Shown here: positions 25,505 to 32,000 of the stretch, piece after piece | How the letters are laid out: the number at the start of each line of letters is the position of its first letter | Numbering within the stretch: the first letter of the stretch is position 1 | Assembly: GCF_036323395.1 (NCBI RefSeq) | Contig: NZ_AP028907.1 | Location: forward strand, 570,001-602,000 | Direction: 5' to 3' | DNA: 32,000 nucleotides | Source of the DNA: Pyrodictium abyssi | Lineage (GTDB): Archaea; Thermoproteota; Thermoprotei_A; Sulfolobales; Pyrodictiaceae | Position numbers and translations under genes: made by a program | The notes under the pieces: generated by a model | The model's database searches: none | What the model was told of the DNA's origin: nothing | Seen by the model: the letters and a program-made list of their open reading frames with translations, nothing else

Positions 25505-26000
25505 CGGCTTGTCTCTGACCTCGTCTAAGGCGCCCTCGGAGGGATAGACTGCTATACCACCGGTAGCATTAACGTCAAACTCTGCTCCAAAAGGAGAAGC
25601 CTCCTCCCGAACCCCTCACGTCAACAACAGCCACACGTAGAATGATTATACTACCCATCGCTCACCTTGACATAACCCAACCCGCTATCCCTAAACCTCA
25701 GCCTATCATACAATATTTGCGTTCACCTAGCATCCCTCCCGCTTATAAAGTAGTATCCATCATGCTTGATAACCTCTGTAGAAGCTAATCACCTCAACCC
25801 GCCACAAATCGGGGATATTAATCACCTAGCCACAGTTCATAGGTCCTCTGTCAACAGCATTCTCCATTATTTCATCTACTAAGGCCCCACTTCTAAACCT
25901 AGTCATGTAGCCGGCCCGGTATCTCCCTGAGCTAGAGACACATAACAAGATAAAACCCTACCTTGAGAAGAGAAAAAGATTTGCATAGATTCTTTATATG

Positions 26001-26053
26001 TGGTTGGCCCGCCGTGGGTTTGAACCCGGGACCCCGCGGCTCCGGAGGCCGAG
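26001..26053 (-). other. tRNA-Arg(CCG)-like 3'-half relic (candidate att site), not a functional tRNA
   Basis: The minus strand reads CUCGGC-CUCCGGA-GCCG..GGUCCCGGGUUCAAACCCACGGCGGGCCAACCA. This gives an anticodon-arm-like hairpin with CCG, a T-arm-like GGGTTCAAACCC and an acceptor-like 3' end. The T-stem has two mismatches, and no D-arm or 5' acceptor lies upstream, where the sequence is AT-rich. Confidence 0.5.
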
Positions 26054-26132
26054 AACGTATAAGTAATGTTTCCAATAAAAACCATAAAATGGAAACATTC
26101 TTCACAAGTGATTATCTGTTTGGTTATCAACA

Positions 26133-26405
26133 TTGATGGCCTGGAACACCCAGCCTGCGGAAAAGCTAATTGCTTCAACGCACATAGTGTCCAGGCAGGG
26201 GCTAGAATTGTCCAGAGTCATAAGGGTGAGGTACGAGGATGGTGTACTGAAGCCGTTGAGTAGTGTTGACCTTGAGGAGGGCAAGGAGTATAAGGTGATA
26301 GTGGAGGAGGACATAGACGAGCTAATCAAGAGGTACCGTGGTGTTCTTGGGGAATCGTCTGTTGAGGAGTTCCGGGAGCTCGAGGAGGAGGCACAGGCCC
26401 AATGA
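26133..26405 (+). CDS. DUF104 (AF2212-like) antitoxin
   Basis: VIRVRYEDGVLKPLSSVDLEEGKEYKVIVEE is the family signature. The true start is probably internal (GTG at about 26187 or a nearby TTG). An ATGA overlap couples it to the PIN gene. Confidence 0.8.
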   Translation: MMAWNTQPAEKLIASTHIVSRQGLELSRVIRVRYEDGVLKPLSSVDLEEGKEYKVIVEEDIDELIKRYRGVLGESSVEEFRELEEEAQAQ

Positions 26406-26860
26406 TATGCCTCGATACGAACGTCATCTACCACTTCCTCTTTGAGACAGAGCTAACTAGCGCCTCAGAGAGAATCCTCCGGGAGGCCATTGCAGAGGGC
26501 ATGGCTATCCCCATGATAGTATACAATGAGTTGCTCTACATAGTGGGCGCCAAGATTGCTAGGATGAAATACGGTGTTAGGGGAAAATACTCCTTCCGGA
26601 TGCATATAGCCAGGCACGGATTCCCCGGAGAAGCCATAGAAAAGGTTAACGGTTTCATCCGGGACTTCAAAGTAACCATGCTAAGGGATTATCAAGACCC
26701 AGACGAGCTAGTCAAGACAATTAAGCTCTACAGGCTGGCGCCAAACGACGCACAAATAGTCTTAACCTGCAAGAATAGCGATATAGAGACACTGGCAACA
26801 TTCGACGAAGACTTCAAGCGGGTTCCATGGCTCAAAGTAGTCCCTCGATTCTTGATGTAG
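26402..26860 (+). CDS. vapC: PIN-domain toxin VapC
   Basis: The product reads MICLDTNVIYHFL..NDAQIVLTCKNSDIETLATFDEDFKRV. It is intact at 152 aa. Confidence 0.9.
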   Translation: MICLDTNVIYHFLFETELTSASERILREAIAEGMAIPMIVYNELLYIVGAKIARMKYGVRGKYSFRMHIARHGFPGEAIEKVNGFIRDFKVTMLRDYQDPDELVKTIKLYRLAPNDAQIVLTCKNSDIETLATFDEDFKRVPWLKVVPRFLM

Positions 26861-26986
26861 AGAGATTATCAACCGGGATTATCCTCGGTGAAGTAGGAAC
26901 TAGCCTCCTAGATTCTTGCTCAAATCTTAGAGTTGCGACTCTACTCTTCAGGGAGAAGAGGCCCTGTGTAGGGTGTTTATGTGGGG

Positions 26987-27037
26987 TGGGCCCGCCGCGG
27001 GTTTAAACCCGCGAGCCCCCTGGCCCCGAAGGCCGGC
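26987..27037 (-). other. second tRNA-Arg(UCG)-like 3'-half relic, paralogous to 26001..26053
   Basis: The minus strand reads GCCGGC-CUUCGGG-GCCAG..CGCGGGUUUAAACCCGCGGCGGGCCCA. It aligns by eye with the first relic over about 45 nt and for about 45 nt beyond the 3' end (CCACATAAA..TCTTCTC). It has a non-canonical T-loop and no 5' half. Confidence 0.45.
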
Positions 27038-27099
27038 ATCTAGGCGGTGGCTGGACTGCTGAGGGCTCTGCATGGGCTTCTGGCGGTGTGGGTGTGCTG

Positions 27100-27231
27100 A
27101 TGCCCGGCGTTGTCCTTGCTGGCGGGTGGTTGGTGTGCTGGCTTGTTTCTTGGGTCGCTGTTGCCGCTGGGTGGTGTCTCATGGGCTGTGCTAGGGGTTT
27201 CGCCGCCGGGGGTCCGGGAGTTGTTGTCTAG
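27100..27231 (+). CDS. possible 43-aa hydrophobic peptide (below the ORF-track cutoff)
   Basis: The product reads MPGVVLAGGWLVCWLVSWVAVAAGWCLMGCARGFAAGGPGVVV. It lies in a G/T-skewed segment and overlaps a second small ORF, 27072..27194 (MGFWRCGC..). It may be compositional. Confidence 0.2.
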   Translation: MPGVVLAGGWLVCWLVSWVAVAAGWCLMGCARGFAAGGPGVVV

Positions 27232-27356
27232 GTGTTCCCTGGCTGGCTTGGTGCTGTGGTGTTTCTGCAGTAGTTTTTAAATCGTAATAACTGGGGGCTG
27301 GATTTATACGTGGGTAGCTGCGTCGGGTCTGGAGGCCCTCCTGGGGGCTTCCTGAG

Positions 27357-28106
27357 TTGCGGTTGTCCGACTTGTTGCTCTACATTGTGTCGAGGTTTCC
27401 ACGGGGTATTGGCCGTACCAGGCTTATGAAGCTCTTGTTCCTAGTTGATGCTGTAGCTGCTGAGAGGCTTGGGCGCGTGGTTAGTGGTGTGGAATGGCGC
27501 CGCTGGCGCTACGGGCCTTTCTCCAAGGAGGTGCTTAATGTCCTGGACGAGCTCGTGGAGGAGGCGTTGCTGGCCCTAGATCCGGGCCCGGAGGTGAGGT
27601 ATGTAGCGCTAGCGGAGCCCCCTGAGCTTCCTGGGGATGTGAAGGAGGTCGTGGACTACGTTGTTGATAGGTATGGGTTTATGCCGCTAACGGAGCTCCT
27701 TAAGGAGGTATACGATAGGTATGACATACATGGTATGGCTATGGGTGAGAGGATTATTCTTGACTGGCGCCGGGAGCTCCTGGAGCTTGCCGAGAAGGCG
27801 GACAGTGATATGGACGCCCTCGTGGAGCTTATGGGTAGGCTCTACGACGCGTATAGGGATGCTCTCGAGGCCCTGCCTGGCGAGACCCTAACCCTCTACA
27901 ATATAGCCGCAGTGTACCTCGCCAGCCGCGACCCGGAGAGGCTGAGGAAGCTAACCACAACGCTCCTTGACGTACTAGACGAGGTCAAGAAGGAGATATC
28001 GACGGGTGGGAAGGGAGGGGCTGTCATCTCCGCCGAGACGCGGCGGAGGATAGCAGAGCTGTACCGTGAGCTGCGTAGGGCTGCCGTAGAGGCCCTGGAG
28101 GGCTAG
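27357..28106 (+). CDS. Panacea/DUF4065 (SocA-like antitoxin) domain protein with a helical C-terminal extension
   Basis: RTRLMKLLFLVDAVAAERLGRVVSGVEWRRWRYGPFSKEVLNVLDELVEE matches the DUF4065 pattern (KLqKLLY...w.yGPv). The start is ambiguous (TTG 27357, 27363 or 27372, or GTG 27387). Confidence 0.78.
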   Translation: MRLSDLLLYIVSRFPRGIGRTRLMKLLFLVDAVAAERLGRVVSGVEWRRWRYGPFSKEVLNVLDELVEEALLALDPGPEVRYVALAEPPELPGDVKEVVDYVVDRYGFMPLTELLKEVYDRYDIHGMAMGERIILDWRRELLELAEKADSDMDALVELMGRLYDAYRDALEALPGETLTLYNIAAVYLASRDPERLRKLTTTLLDVLDEVKKEISTGGKGGAVISAETRRRIAELYRELRRAAVEALEG

Positions 28107-28115
28107 GCGGACGGC

Positions 28116-29006
28116 TTGCAGTTTCTCTACCTGGACTCCTACTACTTCTACGCGCCCATTCCCCGGGTTCTCTGGCTCAGGGAGAAGCTGGGAAAGACGG
28201 GTATCCGCGGTTATAGGCTCCTCTATATGCAGTTCTCGAGCCCCAGCTATTTCCTAAAGAGCCTAACCCGTGTCATAGCCGGCTACAGTGTAACTAGCAT
28301 AGCAGTGCCAGCGTACAGCACTACAGCGCGTAGAGGGGGTAGAGGTGGTGCACTGAAGCCTCTGGAGAAGCTTCTCAAGATACTAGGCCCGCTGTTCAGC
28401 GGGAGGGAGAGGAGCAAGACCATCAACGTGCTTCACCTGGCTAGGCTGGTGGGGGAAGAGCAGGCAGCCATACTGGATTTCCTCATATTCCTGTACAGTC
28501 ACGCAGAGAGAGCGGAGAGAATCATCGCTGAGGGTGCATGCGACGCTAGGGTAGAACGTAGAGTGCCACGACACGTGGCTAAGCAGCTCCAGAGGCTTCC
28601 GGCGCCAGAGAGCCTTGCCCAGCTTATCCGGCAGCAGGTCTCTCTATACAAGCTGTATGCCGGGTACATGGCGTGTAGCGCCTGCCGGCTCCTGGGGCTC
28701 AGCTATCCACACGGCATGAACACTATAAACAGGCTCGATAACCTCGGGGAGGGAGACCTTACAGTGTTCCTGTCCACCCGTTGTCCGCAGTGCAGCAGCT
28801 CATGCCCGCCGGGGAAACACCGAGACGACATAGCGAGAGCGATCACGCTCCACAGATACGCGGCACAGAGGCCCGGCCACAAAATAGTCATAGCGAGTAT
28901 TGAATCCGTTAAGAAGCCTCCTAGGGACGAGAGCAAACGCGAATGCTTCTCCTGCCTCGCAGACTGCTTAGCATCACTCCTACCTAATATCGACACCATA
29001 ATGTAG
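28116..29006 (+). CDS. uncharacterised Cys-rich protein, candidate partner or toxin of the Panacea-domain protein
   Basis: The 296-codon ORF starts 10 nt after the upstream stop. It has a possible HTH-like stretch (INVLHLARLVGEEQAAILDFLIFLY) and Cys pairs (CSAC..CPQC, CFSC). I recognise no family. Confidence 0.6.
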   Translation: MQFLYLDSYYFYAPIPRVLWLREKLGKTGIRGYRLLYMQFSSPSYFLKSLTRVIAGYSVTSIAVPAYSTTARRGGRGGALKPLEKLLKILGPLFSGRERSKTINVLHLARLVGEEQAAILDFLIFLYSHAERAERIIAEGACDARVERRVPRHVAKQLQRLPAPESLAQLIRQQVSLYKLYAGYMACSACRLLGLSYPHGMNTINRLDNLGEGDLTVFLSTRCPQCSSSCPPGKHRDDIARAITLHRYAAQRPGHKIVIASIESVKKPPRDESKRECFSCLADCLASLLPNIDTIM

Positions 29007-29099
29007 TACTCCCTACAGTCTACCGACCCCTGCACTTATGGGCTGTGTAAGGGTTAACTGGTCCTAGGCTGCTGGAGCCCTATACGTGGGCTGGGGGCT

Positions 29100-29339
29100 G
29101 TGGCTGCTAGGAGGCTTAAGTGGATCGTTGTCGACCCCAGGGTTTGTCATGGTAAGCCCGTGTTCAGGGGTACTAGGATACTGGTCTCTGACGTGCTGGA
29201 GATGCTTGCTGAGGGCATGTCCATCGACGAGGTGCTTGAGGAGTATCCTCAGCTGAAGAGGGAGATGATCCTCGAGGCGCTGGGGGTGGCTGCCGAGCTT
29301 CTGCGGAGGGAGAGGCGTGTCATACCGCTTCCTGCTTGA
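29100..29339 (+). CDS. DUF433 antitoxin-like protein
   Basis: The product reads IVVDPRVCHGKPVFRGTRILVSDVLEMLAEGMSIDEVLEEYPQLKREMILEAL. Confidence 0.85.
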   Translation: MAARRLKWIVVDPRVCHGKPVFRGTRILVSDVLEMLAEGMSIDEVLEEYPQLKREMILEALGVAAELLRRERRVIPLPA

Positions 29340-29657
29340 CGAGAACATCCCGAGGAGCATCTATAGGATGCTTAGGAGGAAGGGCTTCCACGCCGAGTAC
29401 GTCCCCATGGAGTGGACGATGACACCGTGATGGGGATAGCCAGGGAGAAGGGCCTGGTGCTCGTGACCAGGGATAGTGGCTTCGCCGACGAGGTGCGTTA
29501 CCCGCCTGGCACGCACCCTGGCATAGTAGTGCTTCGTGTGCATCCCCCGCTCCTAAGCGTTCTAGCTGAGCGCCTAGCCAGGGCCCTGGAAAGGCTAGAC
29601 CGGCTGGACGGAAAGCTCGTGATCATCTACAATGATAGAGTCGAGGTAGTTGGGTGA
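29317..29657 (+). pseudogene. DUF5615 (Mut7-C/PIN-like) toxin-like gene with one frameshift
   Basis: GTG 29317 starts YRFLLDENIPRSIYRMLRRKGFHAEYV. The sequence then continues in another frame as GVDDDTVMGIAREKGLVLVTRDSGFADEV..GIVVLRV. The junction is near 29395-29405, at a C-run. Confidence 0.75.
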
Positions 29658-29955
29658 CCCCTCTTCCGCGTCGAAGGAGTACCCGTGTGAGCTACTCCGC
29701 TATAGCGCTATGCACGGTGCGTCGTAGACTGTTACCCCCTGGAGACTGCTAGCCGGGGATGTCGTGCTCTAGGCCGCTGGGCTCGAGTACGACCATGCCC
29801 TGTACCGGCTCCGCGGAGCCGCTAGCCGGGGGCTGATTCCCCGGGCCACCGGCCGATTCTGCCCAGCGTCTAGGAAGCGCGCCTAAGCCCCGGGAGGAAT
29901 AAGCCTGGAGGAAGAGGGTTACCAGTATTTCGAGAGCCCACAGCACCCCCGGGGG

Positions 29956-30298
29956 GTGCTGGCTTGTGCCCCGGGGGTTGTCCGCGCCAGCTACGAGAGG
30001 GGCGTCCTGAAGCTGCTCGACAGGGTGGACTCCAGGGGAGGGCGAGGAGGTGGTTGTAAGTATTAGGGGAGGGATATCCGCTCCATCCTCCGCAGGTATA
30101 AGGGGGGCTCTCGGCAAGGCTAGCCTGGAGGAGCTCCTCCGACTAGAGGAGGAGGCACACCCAATGAACCACCTGGTCTACCTAGACACCAGCATCATGC
30201 TGAGCATCCTCCTGGAGACAGAGAAGTACCAGGCTGCCCGGCCCAGGGAGCCCCCGGGGGATGCTATAGCAGAAGCACCCTCGTTATCTTCTCGTTGA
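29956..30298 (+). pseudogene. decayed DUF104 antitoxin (frameshift near 30030) fused or abutted to a truncated PIN N-terminus
   Basis: GTG 29956 starts VVRASYERGVLKLLDRVD. After a shift it reads GEGEEVVVSIRGG..LEELLRLEEEAH. It then reads MNHLVYLDTSIMLSILLETEKY, a PIN start, which is lost after about 25 aa. Confidence 0.6.
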
Positions 30299-30594
30299 CC
30301 TCCTGCCTCAGCATAGGCCCGGCTTCGCCCAGCTCCCCCGCTATAAGCTTCTTGTGCAGCGTCGCTATCTTCGTGAGCTTGATCACCGAGTCCACCTTAA
30401 GCCCGGTCATAGCGTACTCCGGGTGGCTGCGTGCCACGAGAACATTAGTCTCGGGGTCGTACCCTCTCTAGCCGCGACGAGATAAAGGCCACGACGACGT
30501 CCCGGCCGGAGTCGTGGAGCACCAGAGCAGGCCTCAGCTTACGGCTAGAGAGATCCGTAAAGGGGAAGTATATGAGCACTATCTTACCCTTCCA
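30264..30594 (-). pseudogene. MazF/PemK-like toxin with a frameshift and no clear start codon
   Basis: The first frame reads WKGKIVLIYFPFTDLSSRKLRPALVLHDSGRDVVVAFISSRLER. After a shift near 30458 it reads YDPETNVLVARSHPEYAMTGLKVDSVIKLTKIATLHKKLIAGELGEAGPMLRQEVNEKI. The only in-frame start is GTG 30579. Confidence 0.6.
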
Positions 30595-30728
30595 GGGTCC
30601 TCCTCCGTGTAGGCATCCGGCTCCTCCTCGAGGAACTCACGCAGGCTCTCCTCCTGGAGCCGCAGCAGCTCATACTCCTCGACAAGCTCCAGGAACCTGT
30701 CAAACTTGTCGCTCACAAGCAACCCCAT
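30579..30728 (-). CDS. 49-aa acidic helical protein, candidate antitoxin of the MazF-like gene (below the ORF-track cutoff)
   Basis: The ATG is at 30728. The product reads MGLLVSDKFDRFLELVEEYELLRLQEESLREFLEEEPDAYTEEDPGRVR. Its stop overlaps the GTG of the toxin frame. Confidence 0.4.
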   Translation of the reverse strand: MGLLVSDKFDRFLELVEEYELLRLQEESLREFLEEEPDAYTEEDPGRVR

Positions 30729-31166
30729 AATCCTCTCAATACGCTCCCGGAGCCCCCGGCGGGTCTACACCCCGAGGAACCTCGATGACGATAGTACCCG
30801 GCAAAGGAGCAGACACCCCAGCACCCGCGCCCGGATAAGCCTAGCCCACGCGCCACAGCCAGCCCTCGGCAAGTCCGCCAGCCATACTCTGCAAGGATAT
30901 ATGGTATCATCACGGTATAGCGTAGCCGGTGTACTATACAGTGGCTAGGAGTAGAAACATACTGCCCTACAGCGAGCGCCTAGGAGCCTGCCCTCCCCGG
31001 GCTAGGCCTGTGTAGCAGGTGGGTCTCCTCCCGGGGGCTCCGTGGGGGCTGTTGGCGGCGCTCCTGGGGGTGCCGGGGCCCGTAGCCCCCGGTGGGCGTC
31101 TCTTGCCGGGTGTGCATGTAGGCCTTTTAGGCTGCCGGTGTACTGGTTCGGGGGTGGTGTACTGGT

Positions 31167-32000
31167 GTGACGCGCTTCCTGCTTATGACGCCGGGCCCGA
31201 CTGTGGTGGACCCGGAGGTCCTCCTGGAGCTCGCCCGGCCGACGGCGAGCCACGTGTCGCCTGAGTTCGACGAGCTGCACCGCGAGACCCTGGAGATGCT
31301 GGGGAGGGTGTTCGGCACCCGGGGGCGTGTCGTGCTCTTCCCGGGGAGCGGTACTGCTGCGATGGAGCTGGCTGTGAGGAGCGCTGTGGGCCCTGGCGAG
31401 CGGGTGCTGGTGCTCCGCGCGGGCGTGTTCGGGGACTACCTGGCCGAGGCGGCTCGGAGCGTTGGGGCTCGGGTCGACGTGGCCAGGGTGGAGCCTGGCA
31501 GGGGGTTTACGGCGTCTATGCTGGAGGAGCTCCTCTCCAGGGCCAGCTACTCCGCTGTACTGTTCCAGCACGTGGACACCTCTACCTCTGTTGCTAACCC
31601 GGTGGCCGAGCTAGCCAGAGTGGCTAGGAGGCACGGCGCCCGGGTCGTGGTCGACGGAGTGGCCTCGATAGGCGGCATGGAGATGAGGATGGACGAGTGG
31701 GGCGTGGACGTATGCTTCACGGGCTCGCAGAAAGCGCTCGCCACGCCGCCGGGCCTAGCAGTGGTGGCGTTCCGCGAGGGCTTCGAGCCCCGCAGGGACA
31801 CCTCTACCGTCTTCTTCAACGTGGAGAAGCTCCTCGCGGAGATGGAGACCACCCGGAACTACTACGTGACGCCCGCTGTGAACCTCGTGTACGGCCTCAA
31901 CAGGTCGCTCCGCCGGATAATGGAGGAGGGGCTCGAGGAGCGCTACCGCCGCCACCGGGCCCTAGCCGAGGCCGTGCAGGCGGGCCTCGAGGCCCTCGGG
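31167..32000 (+). CDS. class V PLP-dependent aminotransferase (serine-pyruvate / alanine-glyoxylate type), 3'-truncated by the window edge
   Basis: The frame is open from the TAG at 31128-31130 to the window end. The start is GTG 31167 or ATG 31185. The product carries LLMTPGPTVV, FPGSGTAAMELA, VVVDGVASIGG and FTGSQKALATPPGLA (PLP-Lys motif). It is absent from the ORF track because it has no stop. The antisense ORF 31002..31571 is rejected. Confidence 0.88.
   Translation, partial: MTRFLLMTPGPTVVDPEVLLELARPTASHVSPEFDELHRETLEMLGRVFGTRGRVVLFPGSGTAAMELAVRSAVGPGERVLVLRAGVFGDYLAEAARSVGARVDVARVEPGRGFTASMLEELLSRASYSAVLFQHVDTSTSVANPVAELARVARRHGARVVVDGVASIGGMEMRMDEWGVDVCFTGSQKALATPPGLAVVAFREGFEPRRDTSTVFFNVEKLLAEMETTRNYYVTPAVNLVYGLNRSLRRIMEEGLEERYRRHRALAEAVQAGLEALG

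Larger units (their letters stand above)
24240..26053. mobile_element. low-GC block of small minus-strand ORFs ending at a tRNA-like relic, possibly an integrated-element remnant
   Basis: GC content drops abruptly after the McrC-like stop. Four or five small ORFs are co-oriented and match no motif I recognise. The right edge is the tRNA-Arg(CCG)-like 3' half. No integrase gene was seen. Confidence 0.35.

Noticed and set aside
25903-26178. The 91-codon minus-strand ORF, and ORF 26066..26263 on the plus strand
   Set aside because: They run across the tRNA-like relic and an AT-rich promoter region. Neither has a coding-like composition.
26001-27100. Calling either tRNA-like element an intact or intron-containing tRNA gene
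   Set aside because: No complementary 5' acceptor strand (GGCCCGC) or D-arm lies upstream of either. The T-arms are non-canonical (6-nt loop or mismatched stem).
29752-29850. CCGGGG...CUGAUUCCCCGG, a possible C/D sRNA with a terminal stem
   Set aside because: The would-be C box (GAUGUCG) deviates too far from RUGAUGA, and the box spacing (about 80 nt) is wrong.
30880-30925. A minus-strand GUGAUGA C-box-like motif
   Set aside because: There is no CUGA D or D' box and no C' box at the expected 12-nt spacing, and no terminal stem.
31002-31571. The 189-codon minus-strand ORF
   Set aside because: It is antisense to the class V aminotransferase, whose motifs are unambiguous, and its translation is His/Arg/Pro-rich.

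Overview
This is a GC-rich (by eye roughly 60%) archaeal chromosome segment. Codon habits (Ile=ATA, Arg=AGG, Leu=CTA/CTC), frequent GTG/TTG starts, AT-rich TATA-like boxes and a C/D-box sRNA fit a hyperthermophilic crenarchaeon, probably Desulfurococcales-like; I cannot name the species.

Positions 1-15.3 kb are mostly core metabolism:
- a Tat-exported molybdopterin oxidoreductase operon ordered membrane anchor (NrfD/PsrC-like), catalytic subunit, 4Fe-4S subunit
- a sulfite-oxidase-family Mo enzyme
- hypA plus an Mrp/MinD-type HypB-like ATPase
- purE
- interspersed nuclease-fold genes, a heptad-repeat coiled-coil nuclease and VapBC modules

Positions 15.3-31.0 kb look like an accessory/defence island of patchy GC content. 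It holds:
- two tandem ABC-type ATPase + Toprim-like pairs, one intact and one decayed
- a C/D-box sRNA
- a McrBC-like pair whose AAA+ subunit has an unassigned ~330-aa N-terminal region
- a low-GC block of small ORFs ending at a tRNA-Arg-like 3'-half relic, with a second relic 1 kb further on
- a Panacea (DUF4065)-domain protein with an unknown Cys-rich partner
- many toxin-antitoxin modules (DUF104/PIN, AbrB/PIN, UPF0175/DUF3368, DUF433/DUF5615, MazF-like), most with frameshifted toxins

The window ends inside a class V aminotransferase gene. No rRNA gene, intact tRNA gene or CRISPR array was found. All family assignments come from motif recognition in the translations, not from searches.
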